DNA of 56,336 nucleotides, filler included, from Dugesia japonica (GCA_001938525.1; 5 parts of 5 records of this genome joined end to end with filler, not necessarily neighbours in it), one strand, 5' to 3'; positions 1 to 12,699 are shown, counted from the whole stretch's first letter. Notes: generated by a model from the sequence alone, not told the origin. Numbers and translations: made by a program.

Positions 1-529
1 ATATATATATATATATTTATAGTGAAATAGTAATTTATACACAAACATATTAGGACCATTAAAATCAGTATAAAAACAACCTATACATTGTTTCATCGAA
101 AATGTGTTTCCTTATATACCATACTACTCTCCTCGCCGAAGAAGTGATCTAGAAATTTGGTTATCAGATTTAGATAGAAAATTAAAAAGTAAGATAGGAA
201 CACATAAATACACATTTTATGAAAATGCTTCCTTCCTTTTCAAAATTTAGCATGAATGTAAAAGCAACAGCTTGAAATTTGTATTATTCATTCACAGAGA
301 TGAAATCTCATTAAAATAATTAATTAGATTTTGTTAAATTAAAAAGTGAAAATATTTTTGTGAATTATGCGATACTCTTGATAAAAGAAAATATTCTCCA
401 AATACTGATATTGCCGTGCGAATTGATGAATTTAGATGAAATACGACACACTGCATGTTAACGTAACACTTTATGTCCACAAAGTTGTTTGGTTAAAAGA
501 AAAAACCAACTTCATCAATAACCAGAAAA

Positions 530-1150
530 GACCTACTAGCAATATATTATTTTACGAGACATTATAAACATTATTTATACGGAAGAAGATTCTAATTACG
601 AACTGATCACAAAGCTATTAATTTAATGATTAATATAAAAAAACCAATTACTGCACAATTTCATAGATGGATCAATTATTTAAGAAATTTGAAAATGGTC
701 ATAAAATAAAAAAAAGAATAATATCATTTAAATGCCGATGCAATGTCAATGAATCATTGCGAAACGTGTATTCAATGTCAAATGAATTACGAGAATAAGA
801 AAATAGAAAAATGAAGACAAAGATCTGGGTAACTGAACTTATAACAAAAAGAAATAAATTGAAATAAAAATTCGAAAAAATTAATATTATAAAATTTAAG
901 TTAAAAAAATAGTTAAATGAATTCAAAATTTAAGTTTTCAAATGGAATTATAATGACAAATAATAATAAAATTTCGATTCTTTTAGAATGCAAAAATTAT
1001 CTGTAAAAAAAATAATATGAATCGTTATCATATAGGATTTTGAAAAGTATCAGCTCATATAAGAGAAAATTATCATATGGAAGATCTGAAAGAAATTGTT
1101 AAAGCGATTACTAAAAATTATAAAAATTGTCAATTAAGAAAAACACAGAC
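530..1150 (+). mobile_element. Degraded Ty3/Gypsy pol fragment (RNase H to integrase zinc finger)
   Basis: Manual translation gives LAIYYFTRHYKHYLYGRRF*LRTDHKAI, HLNADAMS and CQLRKTQT, typical of Gypsy RNase H and the integrase N-terminus. Many stops and frameshifts; interrupted at 1151 by an LTR. Confidence 0.65.
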
Positions 1151-1537
1151 TGTTAGATGAGTTTGGAAAACTCATCTGATCATTAATATCAGAACTCGAA
1201 TTCATTACAAAATTTATTCAAACAAAAGTTAAGCTTAACACTATTTGTTTATTCAAACAAATTAAAATCCCGTGTTTTCATTGGTGATAATTTTGTTTAA
1301 ATTTTCAAACGAAACTTTTATTTATTTAAAATTAATTTAATTTCATTATTTAAAAACATTTTATTTATTTAATTAGTCACATTTCCGTTTACTCAAAAAT
1401 TTTAATTTATCATTAAACAAATATTTGTTATTTAAATTTTTCATCAATAATTTCAATCTTTCTTTTAAAAAAACATTTAAAAAATATTGTCACTAATTAC
1501 ACAAAAATTTCAACTCGCTTTTCAAAACACACTCACA
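1151..1537 (-). mobile_element. Solo LTR of the Gypsy family seen at 6950-10421
   Basis: TG...CA ends (tgttag...ctcaca). CAGAC precedes it and recurs at the right end, a probable 5-bp TSD overlapping the terminal CA. Homologous to 5540-5990, 10085-10421 and 21767-22099. Confidence 0.75.
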
Positions 1538-1932
1538 GACAATTCAAACAAAAAAATTATTAACACCGCATTTGCCATCTTTGTACACTTATTTCGTTTG
1601 AAATTATGTTTCTTATCATATGCTTAAATGTATTCAAAAAATTTATGTCTATATTTGAATGAAAAATTGTCTATAATTACTGACAAACCTTAAATTTAAA
1701 TAACAATATTTCTTGAAGTCCAAAAATTTATATATATTTGATATTTAATATTTGATTTTGGAATTGTCTTTTATTAAAGATTTGAAATATCAGGAATTAT
1801 GCCAAGTGTTTCAGTTTTCCCTTCCAAACATGCTGCTAGATCAGGGCAAATGTTGCGTTGCGAAAATTTTTAAAGAATAATAAAAACTGTTCACAACACT
1901 TGGCATATACATCGCATTGATTTTCAATCATA

Positions 1933-2824
1933 CGAGGACTGTTGAAAAGTTTTTAGCCCGACCCATTTCCAAACATATTTTTGATTTTTGTCAACAGTTT
2001 ATTAAAATTCATTCNTTATTTAGTGTTAATAAATCAATTATTATATTTTTATCATTTAATTAAATGTATTATTTTTTGTTTTAGTAAATGACTTCGGATG
2101 AATTAAAAAAATTTGAAAAAGTTGAATATTGGGCTGTCATAAAATATCTTATTTTAAAGAACCTAAGTCCAAAAGAAATTTATGAAGACATGAGCAGAAC
2201 ATTGAAGAAAACATGCCCGTCATATGCAACAGTGAAAAATTAAGTATCATCATTTGAGAGAGGCAAAACCATCATCCAAGATAAGCCAAGGTCCGGACGA
2301 CCAGTTTCTGCCTCAACTCAGAAGAANNNNNNNNNNNNNNNNNNNNNNNNNNNNNNNNNNNNNNNNNNNNNNNNNNNNNNNNNNNNNNNNNNNNNNNNNN
2401 NNNNNNNNNNNNNNNNNNNNNNNNNNNNNNNNNNNNNNNNNNATATGAATAAGCTTTCTGCAAAATGGATCCCTAAATTCCTGAATTATGATCAGAAGCA
2501 AAGACGAGTGCAAAGTTCAAAGATGATTCCTTCACATTTTGAAAGGGATAAAATTAAATTTATTAATCAAATTTTAACCGTCGATGAAACATGGTTGCAT
2601 TTCTTTGATCCTGAAACCAAACAACAATCCATGGAGTGGAGGCGTTCCGGATCGCTCTGACCCAAAAAATTCCGAAGACAATCTGCGGACTTCTAATACG
2701 AAGGCATAGCTTCATTAGAAAAAAGATGTAATAAGTGTATTAATTGTTTGAATAAAAATACTGGTTTTCTCTTTTTTGAAGTATTTTGTATGGGTTAGGC
2801 TAAAAACTTTTCAGACCCCCCTCG
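1933..2824 (+). mobile_element. Internally deleted mariner DNA transposon with both TIRs and TA target duplication
   Basis: Left TIR cgaggactgttgaaaagtttttagcccgaccca matches the reverse complement of the right TIR, cgaggggggtctgaaaagtttttagcctaaccca; TA on both flanks. Transposase from ATG 2088: YWAVIKYL, PSYATVKN*, DKPRSGRP, KWIPK, TVDETW. The region with the second and third catalytic Asp is deleted. Confidence 0.9.
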
Positions 2825-3297
2825 TATAATACGAATAATAAGATTTTATTTTTATGCTTTTTGNNNNNNNNNNNNNNNNNNNNNNNNNNNNNNNNNNNNN
2901 NNNNNNNNNNNNNNNNNNNNNNNNNNNNNNNNNNNNNNNNNNNNNNNNNNNNNNNNNNNNNNNNNNNNNNNNNNNNNNNNNNNNNNNNNNNNNNNNNNNN
3001 NNNNNNNNNNNNNNNNNNNNNNNNNNNNNNNNNNNNNNNNNNNNNNNNNNNNNNNNNNNNNNNNNNNNNNNNNNNNNNNNNNNNNNNNNNNNNNNNNNNN
3101 NNNNNNNNNNAAAAAAAAAATACAAAATGTTATTTTCTAATCATATATTTCATGTGAAACAAATTTTAATATTTTAAATTTCATTAATTAAAGTTTAAAA
3201 AAATGCTAAAACATTATTAAAGTTTTAATAAAATTGTTTTAATTAATTATTAAAAATATTCAGTTGAATATTATATTATTTAAAAAATATATTTTAC

Positions 3298-3375
3298 CAC
3301 AAGTTTTCTTGCACATACTAGCAACATTTGGATTGAAACATAAATCTTTCATGTTTGGACATATTGTTGGTTCAT
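3298..3375 (-). CDS. Exon encoding ShK-like cysteine repeat 2: (D)EPTICPNMKDLCFNPNVASMCKKTC
   Basis: 78-nt phase 1-1 exon with tttag acceptor and gtaaaa donor on the minus strand. The CxxxxxxC...CKKTC spacing resembles ShKT domains. Not in the ORF track because it is short. Confidence 0.75.
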
Positions 3376-3541
3376 CTAAATCAGTAGTAATTAATGGCAA
3401 TTTATCAAATATTTTTATTGCGTTTAAATAGTACCATAAAAAAAATAAAAAAAATAAAACGAATATTAATTAATGTTGAATTTAATTTTTGAAAAATGAT
3501 TTTTTAAAATTAATATTTTATAGCTTAGGTTCAAACCATAC

Positions 3542-3556
3542 CGAATCCAGTGAAAC
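3542..3556 (-). CDS. Putative 15-nt micro-exon, (S)FTGF(D), of the ShK-like repeat gene
   Basis: Minus strand reads gggttag|gtttcactggattcg|gtatgg. Phase 1-1, and keeps frame between the 4327-4413 and 3298-3375 exons. Confidence 0.45.
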
Positions 3557-4326
3557 CTAACCCATTAAATGGAAAATTTCCATCGGTTTGGATTAAAAAA
3601 AAACTTATTTTATTATTTGTTTATTATTTATCAAAAAATTTTTTTTATAAAAAAAAATTTTTCATTAAATTACAAGCTTCGATCACAATTTCTTTTTTTA
3701 GTTTTTGAATGTATTTACTTGTTAGTAAATACTATTAATAAATACTATCGAAGTCCAATAATTATTCTCGCAAGAATTGTAATTGTAATAAATTTTAAAA
3801 ATTTTATTTAATTTTTAACTTAAACCTGAATTTAAAATTATTTATAATGCATAATATTATAATTATTTATTATGTATAATAAATATTTTTATTTATTATT
3901 TGTTATAATATTTAATATTATTATTCATTATGTTAATATGATTTAATAGTTTGATCTTTTTTTATCTGATTAATTAATAAACTGAAATTTGGAATTTGAT
4001 TTATTTAAGCTAACAAGAATCTTTGAAGAGTATAAACATATTTTCAGATTTGAATATGAAGGTAGAAAACTATTCAAAATCTGGTAACTCAAAAAATATA
4101 CCATTAACCTCGGTTGAAATGTAAGAGATTAAATTATCAATTTTAATATTCTAATTCAGGTTTCTACTTTAAATTCATTATTATAATTAGATAGGCATAA
4201 CAATTAGTTGTTTCTATTTTGATTTAAGAAATATATTTATAATTGTTTATAATTTTATTTAAACATAAATTAAATCAGTTTAATTTAAATATTATTTTTA
4301 AAAAAATTGTAAAGACAAATATTTAC

Positions 4327-4413
4327 TAGTCGGTGAAGTTGGAGATATTGAGGACCCACTTGTTGATGAAACAGAACTTCCATCGGTAGACGATTTCGAA
4401 GTAGTTGAAGAAG
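4327..4413 (-). CDS. Ser/Thr-rich linker exon (A)SSTTSKSSTDGSSVSSTSGSSISPTSPT
   Basis: 87-nt phase 1-1 exon with aaaag acceptor and gtaaat donor; separated from the upstream ShK-like exon by a 45-nt intron (4414-4458). Confidence 0.7.
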
Positions 4414-4458
4414 CTTTTAATTAATTGAATTTGTTAAAATTGTAGTATACTTGCTTAC

Positions 4459-4536
4459 CACAAGTCTTTTTACACATACTAGCAACATTTGGATTGAAGC
4501 AAAGATCTTTCATATTTGGACACATAGTTGGCTCAG
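4459..4536 (-). CDS. Exon encoding ShK-like cysteine repeat 1: EPTMCPNMKDLCFNPNVASMCKKTC
   Basis: 78-nt phase 1-1 exon with tttttag acceptor and gtaagc donor. 24 of 25 aa are identical to the 3298-3375 exon despite many third-position differences. Confidence 0.78.
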
Positions 4537-4627
4537 CTAAAAAAATNNNNNNNNNNNNNNNNNNNNNNNNNNNNNNNNNNNNNNNNNNNNNNNNNNNNNN
4601 NNNNNNNNNNNNNNNNNNNNNNNNNNN

Positions 4628-4658
<31 letters not shown>

Positions 4659-5535
4659 GTGGAGTCTTCACTTCATAATTCATTATTATTATTCTTATCA
4701 TTTTCATTATCGTGGATTAGTATTAATATCAAAATATAGTCATATTAATTATGTCCCTTATACGTTAACATTATTATCATTATTATCTTTACTCTTATTC
4801 CCATTAATTAAATATAATCATCGCCATTAATTATTTACACTACTACTTATCGTTAAACCTTAGTGTCATTAATTTACATCATGAAACATTCATTTTTTAT
4901 CTTCATCGATTACTATTTTGATAGTTATCATTATAATTATTACTATCATGATCATTACTATCTTTATTATTACTATTATTAAAGTTGCTTGTAACGAAAT
5001 CGAAAGTTATTACGGATGATTATTTATTACTAATTATTTTAAAAAAGCTTTACTTTATTATTATTATTATTATCGTTACCCCTTGATTGATTTTACTATC
5101 AATAACCATTATTATACGTCTATACACTTATATCATTATTAATCAATGTCGTTATTCATTTGTTATCTTCATCGATTACTATTTTGACAGTTATCATTAT
5201 TATTATTACTTTTATGATCATTACTATCTTTTTCAATAAAAGTCAATTCCTGACGAAGACAAGGTCGAAATATCGAATTGTTATCCAATATCAATAATTT
5301 TGATCTNNNNNNNNNNNNNNNNNNNNNNNNNNNNNNNNNNNNNNNNNNNNNNNNNNNNNNNNNNNTAATAATTGCAATTGTATTACTATCTTTATTATTA
5401 CTATTATTAAAGTTGCCTGAAACGAAATCGAAAGTTATTGCGGATGATTGTTTATTACTAATTATTTTAAAAAAGCATTTAAAATATCATTATTAATCAA
5501 TGTCGTTATTAAATATTACTAAAATTATTCATCAT
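4628..5535. repeat. (TAT)n microsatellite and degenerate ATT-rich region with an internal duplication
   Basis: Pure TAT run at 4628-4658; block ~4885-5050 recurs at ~5150-5480. Confidence 0.7.
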
Positions 5536-5539
5536 TACT

Positions 5540-5990
5540 ACTTGAAAAACTCATCGAATCATTAACATCAGAATTCAACTCCATAAATTTATTAAAATAA
5601 AAACTATGCTTAACACTATTTGTTTATTTAAACAAATTAAAATCCTGTGTTTTCAATGGTGATTATTATTTAAAAATCAAAAAAACTGTAATTTATTTAT
5701 GTAAATTTAATTTAATTTATTTAAAACATTTTATTTATTTGTTTAAAATTTAAGACAAATTTTCTTTTACGTTAAAAATTTTATTTATTAAAATTTACTT
5801 TATTATCCAATCATCATTTTTTTTAAATTGAAACTTAATTTATTTAAAATTAATTGAATTTAATTTTTTTCGAACATTTTATTTATTTATTTAAAATTTA
5901 AGACAAATTTCCGTTTACTCAAAAGTTTTAATTTATCATTAAAAAAATATTTGTTATTTAAATTCTTCATCAATACTTTAAATCTTTCTT
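5540..5990 (-). mobile_element. Truncated LTR copy of the same family as 1151-1537, with internal duplication
   Basis: Shares aaaactcatc..cattaa.atcagaa and cttaacactatttgtttatt.aaacaaattaaaatcc.gtgttttca with 1151-1537; ends where the mariner fragment begins. Confidence 0.7.
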
Positions 5991-6850
5991 TCAATGATGC
6001 TGTTATTCCAGAAAATATCAAAAAAATCCACAAATTGGTTTTGAACGCTCGCAAATTGAAGGTGCACGAGCTAGCTGACATTGTAAAGATATCAGATGGT
6101 AGTGTTTTTACCATTTTACACGAACATTTGGGTATGCGAAAGTTCTGTGCAAAGTGGGTGCCACATGAGCTCACAGTTAACCAAAAACAACAACGAATCG
6201 ATGCTTCACAGGCGTGTTTGGCGCTGTTAAACCGCAATAAAATGGATTTCTATCGTCGATATGTGACAATGGATGAGACATGGCTTCACAATTACACACC
6301 AGAATCCAAAAGACAGTCAGCTGAGTGAACAGCAGTTGACGAACCGAATCCAAAACGAGCAAATACACAACAGTCGGCCGGTAAGGTGATGAGTTTCTCC
6401 AAAAAGGAACCAACATCAACATCGACTATTGCTGTGCACGTTTGGATCGATTGAAGGCTGAAATTGCAAAGAAACGGCCACATTTGCAAAAGAAAAAAGT
6501 GTTGTTTCACCAAGATAATGCACCGTGTCACAGATCAATAAAAACGATGGCAAAATTGAATGAATTTGGCTTTGAATTGCTTACCCACCAGATTTAGCCC
6601 CCAGCGACTTTTTCCTGTTTTCAGATCTCAAGAGAATGCTTGCTGGAAAGAAATTTAAGTCCAATGATGAAGTAATCACAGTAACTGAGGCCTATTTTGA
6701 CGAGAAAGAGAAATCGTATTATAAAAGTGATATCGAAAAGTGGGAAAATCACTATACTTGTTGTATCGCCCTCGAAGGCAACTATGTTGAATAATAAAAT
6801 TGACTTTTGTTAAAATTTTGTTTTTTTCTTACTTATCCTACGGACTAATA
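5990..6850 (+). mobile_element. 5'-truncated mariner transposase pseudogene
   Basis: KFCAKWVPHELT, VTMDETW, FHQDNAPCH, PSDFFLF and C-terminal EGNYVE* (6794). Stops and deletions; putative right TIR at ~6830-6850. Confidence 0.88.
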
Positions 6851-9800
6851 GAATCATTACTATTAAGCAAAGAGAATTAATTTAATGAAATTTATATTAT
6901 TATTCGTTACTAAAATTTATCGATTACAGTATAATTTACAATTTAAATAAACTAATCGAATCTAACGAGAGAGGTATATTAATCTGGCGTAAGCACTGAG
7001 CGCGATTAAAATCACCTTTTGCGATCCAAATTAATTAATCTATCTTGCTCTGATTAAATTCTAGCACAGTCTAAATTTCTCTCCACTCACACGGTATATA
7101 TTCAATACATTACACACTTTCATATTCTGTGCACTCATTCTGTGCACTCTTTGGGTATTGGTGTCATATCATTTTTCTCTGCTTATTCTTTTCCCAAATA
7201 CGATTTCAGCAGGGCTTTTCCCAATAGTTCTCTGTTTTGTAGCATTTAAGGTAAATTCTATCTCTCGCAACACATCTGCCCAATCTGACGTTTTCCTTTC
7301 TTTAAGCGTTGCATTAATCAGATCTCGCATAGTTCTAAACTGTCTCTCGATTTGTCCATTTGTGTTATGATAATATGAACTCGAAAACCTGAGGGTAATG
7401 CCATGTTCATCTGCAAAATCTTTCATTGATTTAGACTTAAAAACTCTTCCACAATAAACTCGAATTTCTCTCGGACACCCGAATTTTAATATCCACTTCT
7501 CCAATATTGCTTTCCGTATGGTATCTGCATCTTGTCTTGTCATTGCAATCAAGGCTACATACTTACTACATTGGTCTATTATACCGAGAACATATTTTTC
7601 CGATCTCTTGTTTCCGGCAGTGGTCCACACACATCTATAAATAACAGTTCAAACATTTCGGCTGGCCCGTCTTTTTTGTTTCTTCCTTCGTTATTTGTTG
7701 TCATTGTGTACATGTACTACATTTATTCCTTGACAACATATCCGCATTTGTATGAAGCGATCCTTTTCTATATTTCAATTTTATATTTAAAATGCTCAAA
7801 TAATTAATCCAGGTGNTNNNACTGTGATTTGATCGGCTTCTTGGTATTTAGCATAAAATTGATGGCTTTATGATCTGTTCTGAGAATAAATCTCTTCCCA
7901 TATAAGTAATGTTAGACATGAATACAAAAATAGTAAATGGCGAGCAATTCTTTCCGCGTAGTACAATATCCTTTCTCATGGCTAGTCATTGCGTGTGACT
8001 CATATCCAGTTACTCTTTCTTGCCAACTGTTGTCTTTTTGAGATAGTACTGCCCCAATCGTATCGAAACTCTCGTCCGTGTCCAAAATTAAGCCTCTATT
8101 TATATCTGGAAAACATAATATTGGAAACATCATTAGTGTTTCTTTCATTCTATTAAAACGTCTTCTAATTCATTCGCCCATTCAATTTTCTATGTTACTT
8201 GGCCCACTACACAGATGTTCCAGTAATCTAACTTTCTTTGAATAATCTTTATTAAACTTTCGATAGTAATTGCAAATTCCCAAAAAGCTTCACATTTTCT
8301 TAACGCATTTTGGTTTACCAAAGTTCTTAATTGCTTCTATTTTAGTTGGATCTGTTTTGACACCTTCTTTACTGATAACGTGTCCCAAAGATTTGATCTC
8401 CTTTCGCATGAATTGGCATTTTTCCGGATTAACTCTAAGACCAGCCGTCTTAATTTCTGTTAATAATCTATTGATTATTTCATAGTGTTGCTCCTTTGTT
8501 TCGGTAAATATGGGAATATCATATAGATAAACCATCGCTCCTTTAATTTTCCGATTACTTTATTCATCATTTCCTGGAACGTACCTGGTGCTGCTGCAAT
8601 TCCAAAAGGCATTCTATTGAAACAAAATTGCCATTGTTTGGTCGAAAAAGCTGTCTTTTCTTGAGAATCTTCACTGAGTTCCCCTTGATAGAATTCATTT
8701 CCAAAGTCTATTGAGCTGTGTAATCGTTCCTCGCTCATCTCTAACGTTGTTTCTCCGAGTCTATTAAATCCTTTCATGCTCATCACATTTATTCTTGCTC
8801 CTATATCCAACAAACAATCAAACTGTTCACCATTGATCATCACTGAAATGCTGGGTCTCCCTTGCATTTTATCATACGAAATTTCTGCATTCTGTTTTTC
8901 TTCAATTATTCTTATCACTTTTGCTTTGTTAACTTCTGCATCATTGAAACTTTCTCTTTTTAAGAATCTATAGACTTTTTCTCTCATTTTACTAGTCTCA
9001 TCCCATTTTTCGGCCTCTTGAGGATATTCAAACGGTATCTCGTTTAATGGATGGCTCCGACTAACTCCTCTACTGATGGAGCCTTGCCTTTTGGGTATTC
9101 TCTTCTTGGATCATCATTTTATGTTATGCTCGCCGAAATTCTCTCTTCATTCTCGTGATCAAATTCTTCGCGAATGGCATGAAATGGTTTTGTCCGACTC
9201 CAATCTTTTCTTGGTTCTCTCTTCTAGTCTAGGTTTACTAATGTTCGAATAACATTCTTCTGCTCTGTGGCCTGGTCTTGTACAATTTCTGTGCACATCC
9301 TTCTAACATGACCAATTTTACCACACCCAAAACATTTTGGTGGCTTCTTGTCTGGACAATTTCTACTTAAATGCCGTTTTTTTGTGACAAGTCCAACATT
9401 CCACATGAGAATTGTTTATACACTCTCTTTTTGTATGCCCATAACTCTGGGATGTCCAACACTGTGGTTCTCTTCTTTTTGTAACTCTCTCAATATTTTG
9501 TCTCCTTTCTCCGATACTTTCTCCAAAACGTTCTACACGTGTTACACCAGCGTAACTCTTTACTACGTTAATAGGTTCTCTTCTTTCTATTTTTNCAACC
9601 AAAGATAACGTTTCTTTTATGTCTTATACTTTCTCCAATTTTCGCATGATAATCTCTTCTGCTTTTTAACTATTTGCACAAATTATTAGCATTTCTCATA
9701 AGAGTTTTTCTTTCGTCAACTTTTCTTTTGCTAAAATTTTATCGATCAAATCTTCCACTTTTACTAAATACCTCAAGTTCTTTATCACCACGTTGATAGC

Positions 9801-10071
9801 TAACAAGACTCTGTAAATTTTCTATTACGTCTTTCTTGCTCTCAAAAGCTAATCGCTATCTCTCTCGATATCCATCAGCTTTCTTCAATGTCTTTACATT
9901 GCTTCCATTAAATCCTCATGAAGCATACATGTTACCCAACGTTCCTGATCTTTCTTAGCAACCATGTTCTTTGCCTCAAANTATATATCACATCGTTTGA
10001 TAAACTTTTCTAGATCATCGCCTCTGCAAAATACTTTTGGCAACAACCTTTCTGTGATTGCTTCGGTGTTT

Positions 10072-10084
10072 ACCACTGCCACCA
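10072..10084 (-). promoter_or_regulatory. Primer-binding site TGGTGGCAGTGGT (tRNA-Leu-like)
   Basis: Directly abuts the LTR-terminal CA. Differs by one base from TGGTGGCAGCGGT, the complement of the metazoan tRNA-Leu(AAG/TAG) 3' end. Confidence 0.65.
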
Positions 10085-10421
10085 TGTTGGTTGGGTTTGG
10101 TAAACTCATCGTATTATCAATATCAAAATCAGAATTCATAAAAATACTTTATTAAAATCAAAACTATAACCAACATTAATTGTTATGCAAACAAATTAAA
10201 ATCATGTGTTTTAATTGGTGATCTTCTTTTCTAAAATTTAAAATTTTTACTTATTAAAAAATTAAACTTTATTATTCAATAATTTTAATTTATCCTTAAA
10301 CTAATATTTGTTTATTTAAATTTTTCATCAATAATTTAATCTCTCTTTAAGACAGAAAATTTTAAAAAATAAGATCACTAATCACACAAAAATTTCAACT
10401 TGTTTTTCAAAATTGCTCACA
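10085..10421 (-). repeat. 5' LTR of the Gypsy element
   Basis: Minus strand starts TGTGAG and ends CCAACA, immediately followed by the PBS; homologous to the solo LTRs. Confidence 0.78.
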
Positions 10422-11443
10422 CGATGGACCGATAATTAATAATTTAAAGTTATTTGAAAAAACTTAATATTTAGAAATGCCTTTCTTCTTTTTCAGACTA
10501 ATAACATCAAACTGGATAGAGTAAATTTAATATAAAAATTATTAATCCCAACGTAAAATAAATAAGACAACTAATAAAAGGTTTTTTCAATATTTTATAG
10601 TTAAGAGGTTATATATCCACACACATTTTGTATGTGTGCAAAATAGATCAATCCAATGGTATAAAATAAACCAGAAACATTAGAAATGTTTTCATTTAAT
10701 AAATGTAATGATTAGAAACACACATTCATTTGATTTAATCTCCAATAAGAGAGTAACTGCAATTTTTAATTGGAAGTTGATAATTTGTGTGCCATATGAA
10801 CTAGAGGCTTACCAAATTATTNNNNNNNNNNNNNNNNNNNNNNNNNNNNNNNNNNNNNNNNNNNNNNNNNNNNNNNNNNNNNNNAAATTAATAAAACGTA
10901 ACATATTATATATGTAATAGTTGTGTGGTCCACAACATCAAAACATTTAATAAGTTTTTATCACAGCAGTACTATTTTTCTTTTAAAAATTACTTAATTA
11001 ACATTCAATTATAAATATACTATAGAATTTTCAGAAACTTATATCGTAGAAATACCGTGAAAGTTTAATAATTTACAGTTTAATAAATAAAAAAATTTGT
11101 ATTTAAAAAAAATTAAAATTATTAAATTACTAAAGAAAATAATACAAAATAGTAATAATAACAATAATGATAATTATAATAATAATGATATTTATAATAA
11201 TAATAATAATATAATAATGTATCAATCATTAATGATAAAATATTAAATAATTGGTGATTATAAAACAAAGTATTAAAATAGCTACATATCTGGCAGGCCC
11301 TAAACAAAGGCTTAATAATACATATCAGTCATTAGTAGCTAAATTATGTTAATAGTGCAAAGTTGTATTTTAATATATATAGCGAATATAAATTATGAAA
11401 CTGTAAAATCTATGAATGAATATTTGATTATCCTGAGTGATTA

Positions 11444-11543
11444 NNNNNNNNNNNNNNNNNNNNNNNNNNNNNNNNNNNNNNNNNNNNTTAATTAATTAAN
11501 NNNNNNNNNNNNNNNNNNNNNNNNNNNNNNNNNNNNNNNNNNN
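11444..11543. other. Artificial contig-joining spacer (44 N + TTAATTAATTAA + 44 N)
   Basis: Exactly 100 bp; the core has stops in all six frames; the identical structure occurs four times. Confidence 0.93.
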
Positions 11544-11624
11544 AATTATAAAAAGTGATAAAGTTCTTCAGTTTGCGAAGTGATAAAAATAAGCAATTCA
11601 GTTGATTGAAACTTATGGGAATAA

Positions 11625-12310
11625 TTACCTTTCACATACCTCCATCTACCATTGGTTCAGTCAGTTTAGAAATGGATGAGAATCCGTATTTAAATATAAA
11701 AAGTGAGCTTTGAACTTTTTGATGAAAAGAAAGTGCACTGTACCATGGTTGTGAGGTAATAAGGACGAATCACAACATTAAAGGTGTAGAAGATATTGAA
11801 TGTGAGTAAAGAAAATGCAGGTGATTTTGGAATTATTCGATTGACATCAAAACAGGCCAGAATGTTGCTTGGCTAATCTTTGCATCTTCGATGACCATGA
11901 AGATAACTGCCTGTAGACTATTGTTACTGAGATTCACCTGAATAGAAATTTACAGGTTAGTTTGGTTCCAAGATGCTCCGATCTGGCACGTCCTATTTGA
12001 AATTTCTGATGGAGAATAATTTCTGGGATTACACTAATTTTATTTATCGACTTTGTAAAATATTCGCATAAACTTCACATACCTTAGTGATCTTATTCAA
12101 ATGTGTAGATGTGCTAGACGAAATTCTCGCTGCTTTATATTCTGGTTACTGTTAGATAATACATCGGTTCACAAAATATTCGAAGAAATGGAAAAATTTG
12201 TGAAGATTAATTTATGGTTCGGATCACTCGTTAGACATTTTGGAGTTTAAACCAAGTGATTTATATCTATTTAGTCAGATTAAAAGACATTTGAGAAGCA
12301 GAAAAGGTCG
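11625..12310 (+). mobile_element. Highly decayed mariner-like transposase relic
   Basis: Fragments TSIYHWFSQFRNG (HTH), LTSKQ, IVT and PSDLYLFSQIKRHLR, in mariner order. Confidence 0.5.
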
Positions 12311-12550
12311 AAAATACTGGTTTTAACGGGCCTAGACATAAATACTAAATATATTTGCTGTTAAGATCTTCATATGATAAATATTTATAAGAAATTAGTT
12401 AATCTAATCTGTAGGTAATTATATATAAAAATATATTCCATGTTATTAAATTATTATATTTGTGAATGTGATTTTTATTTTCTGCATTCATTGTGTTACA
12501 GTTTGTAAGTTACATCTTGTGCCAAATTAACGTTCTAAAAATATTATAAG

Positions 12551-12596
<46 letters not shown>

Positions 12597-12699
12597 NNNN
12601 NNNNNNNNNNNNNNNNNNNNNNNNNNNNNNNNNNNNNNNNNNNNNNNNNNNNNNNNNNNNNNNNNNNNNNNNNNNNNNNNNNNNNNNNNNNNNNNNNNN

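Larger units (their letters stand above)
6950..10421 (-). mobile_element. Degraded Ty3/Gypsy LTR retrotransposon (5' LTR, PBS, gag, PR, RT, RNase H, integrase)
   Basis: gag at 9894-10139 plus zinc knuckles CWTCHKK..HLSRNC and CFGCGKIGHVRRMC. Protease LLDIGARINVM is fused by deletion to RT (KTAFST, RMPFGIAAAPGTFQ, YLYD). RNase H LDTDESFDTIGAVLSQ and TRKELLAIYYF; integrase IDQCSKY and NGQIERQFRT. Confidence 0.92.

Noticed and set aside
2254-5496. ORF-track entries rich in X, Leu, Ile or Phe (e.g. 2811-3177, 3569-3811, 4494-4739, 5278-5496)
   Set aside because: They are open only because of N runs, microsatellites or AT-rich composition.
5540-5990. 3' LTR of the 6950-10421 Gypsy element
   Set aside because: Orientation fits, but it resembles the 1151 copy more than the 10085 LTR, is truncated at both ends, and no shared TSD is visible.
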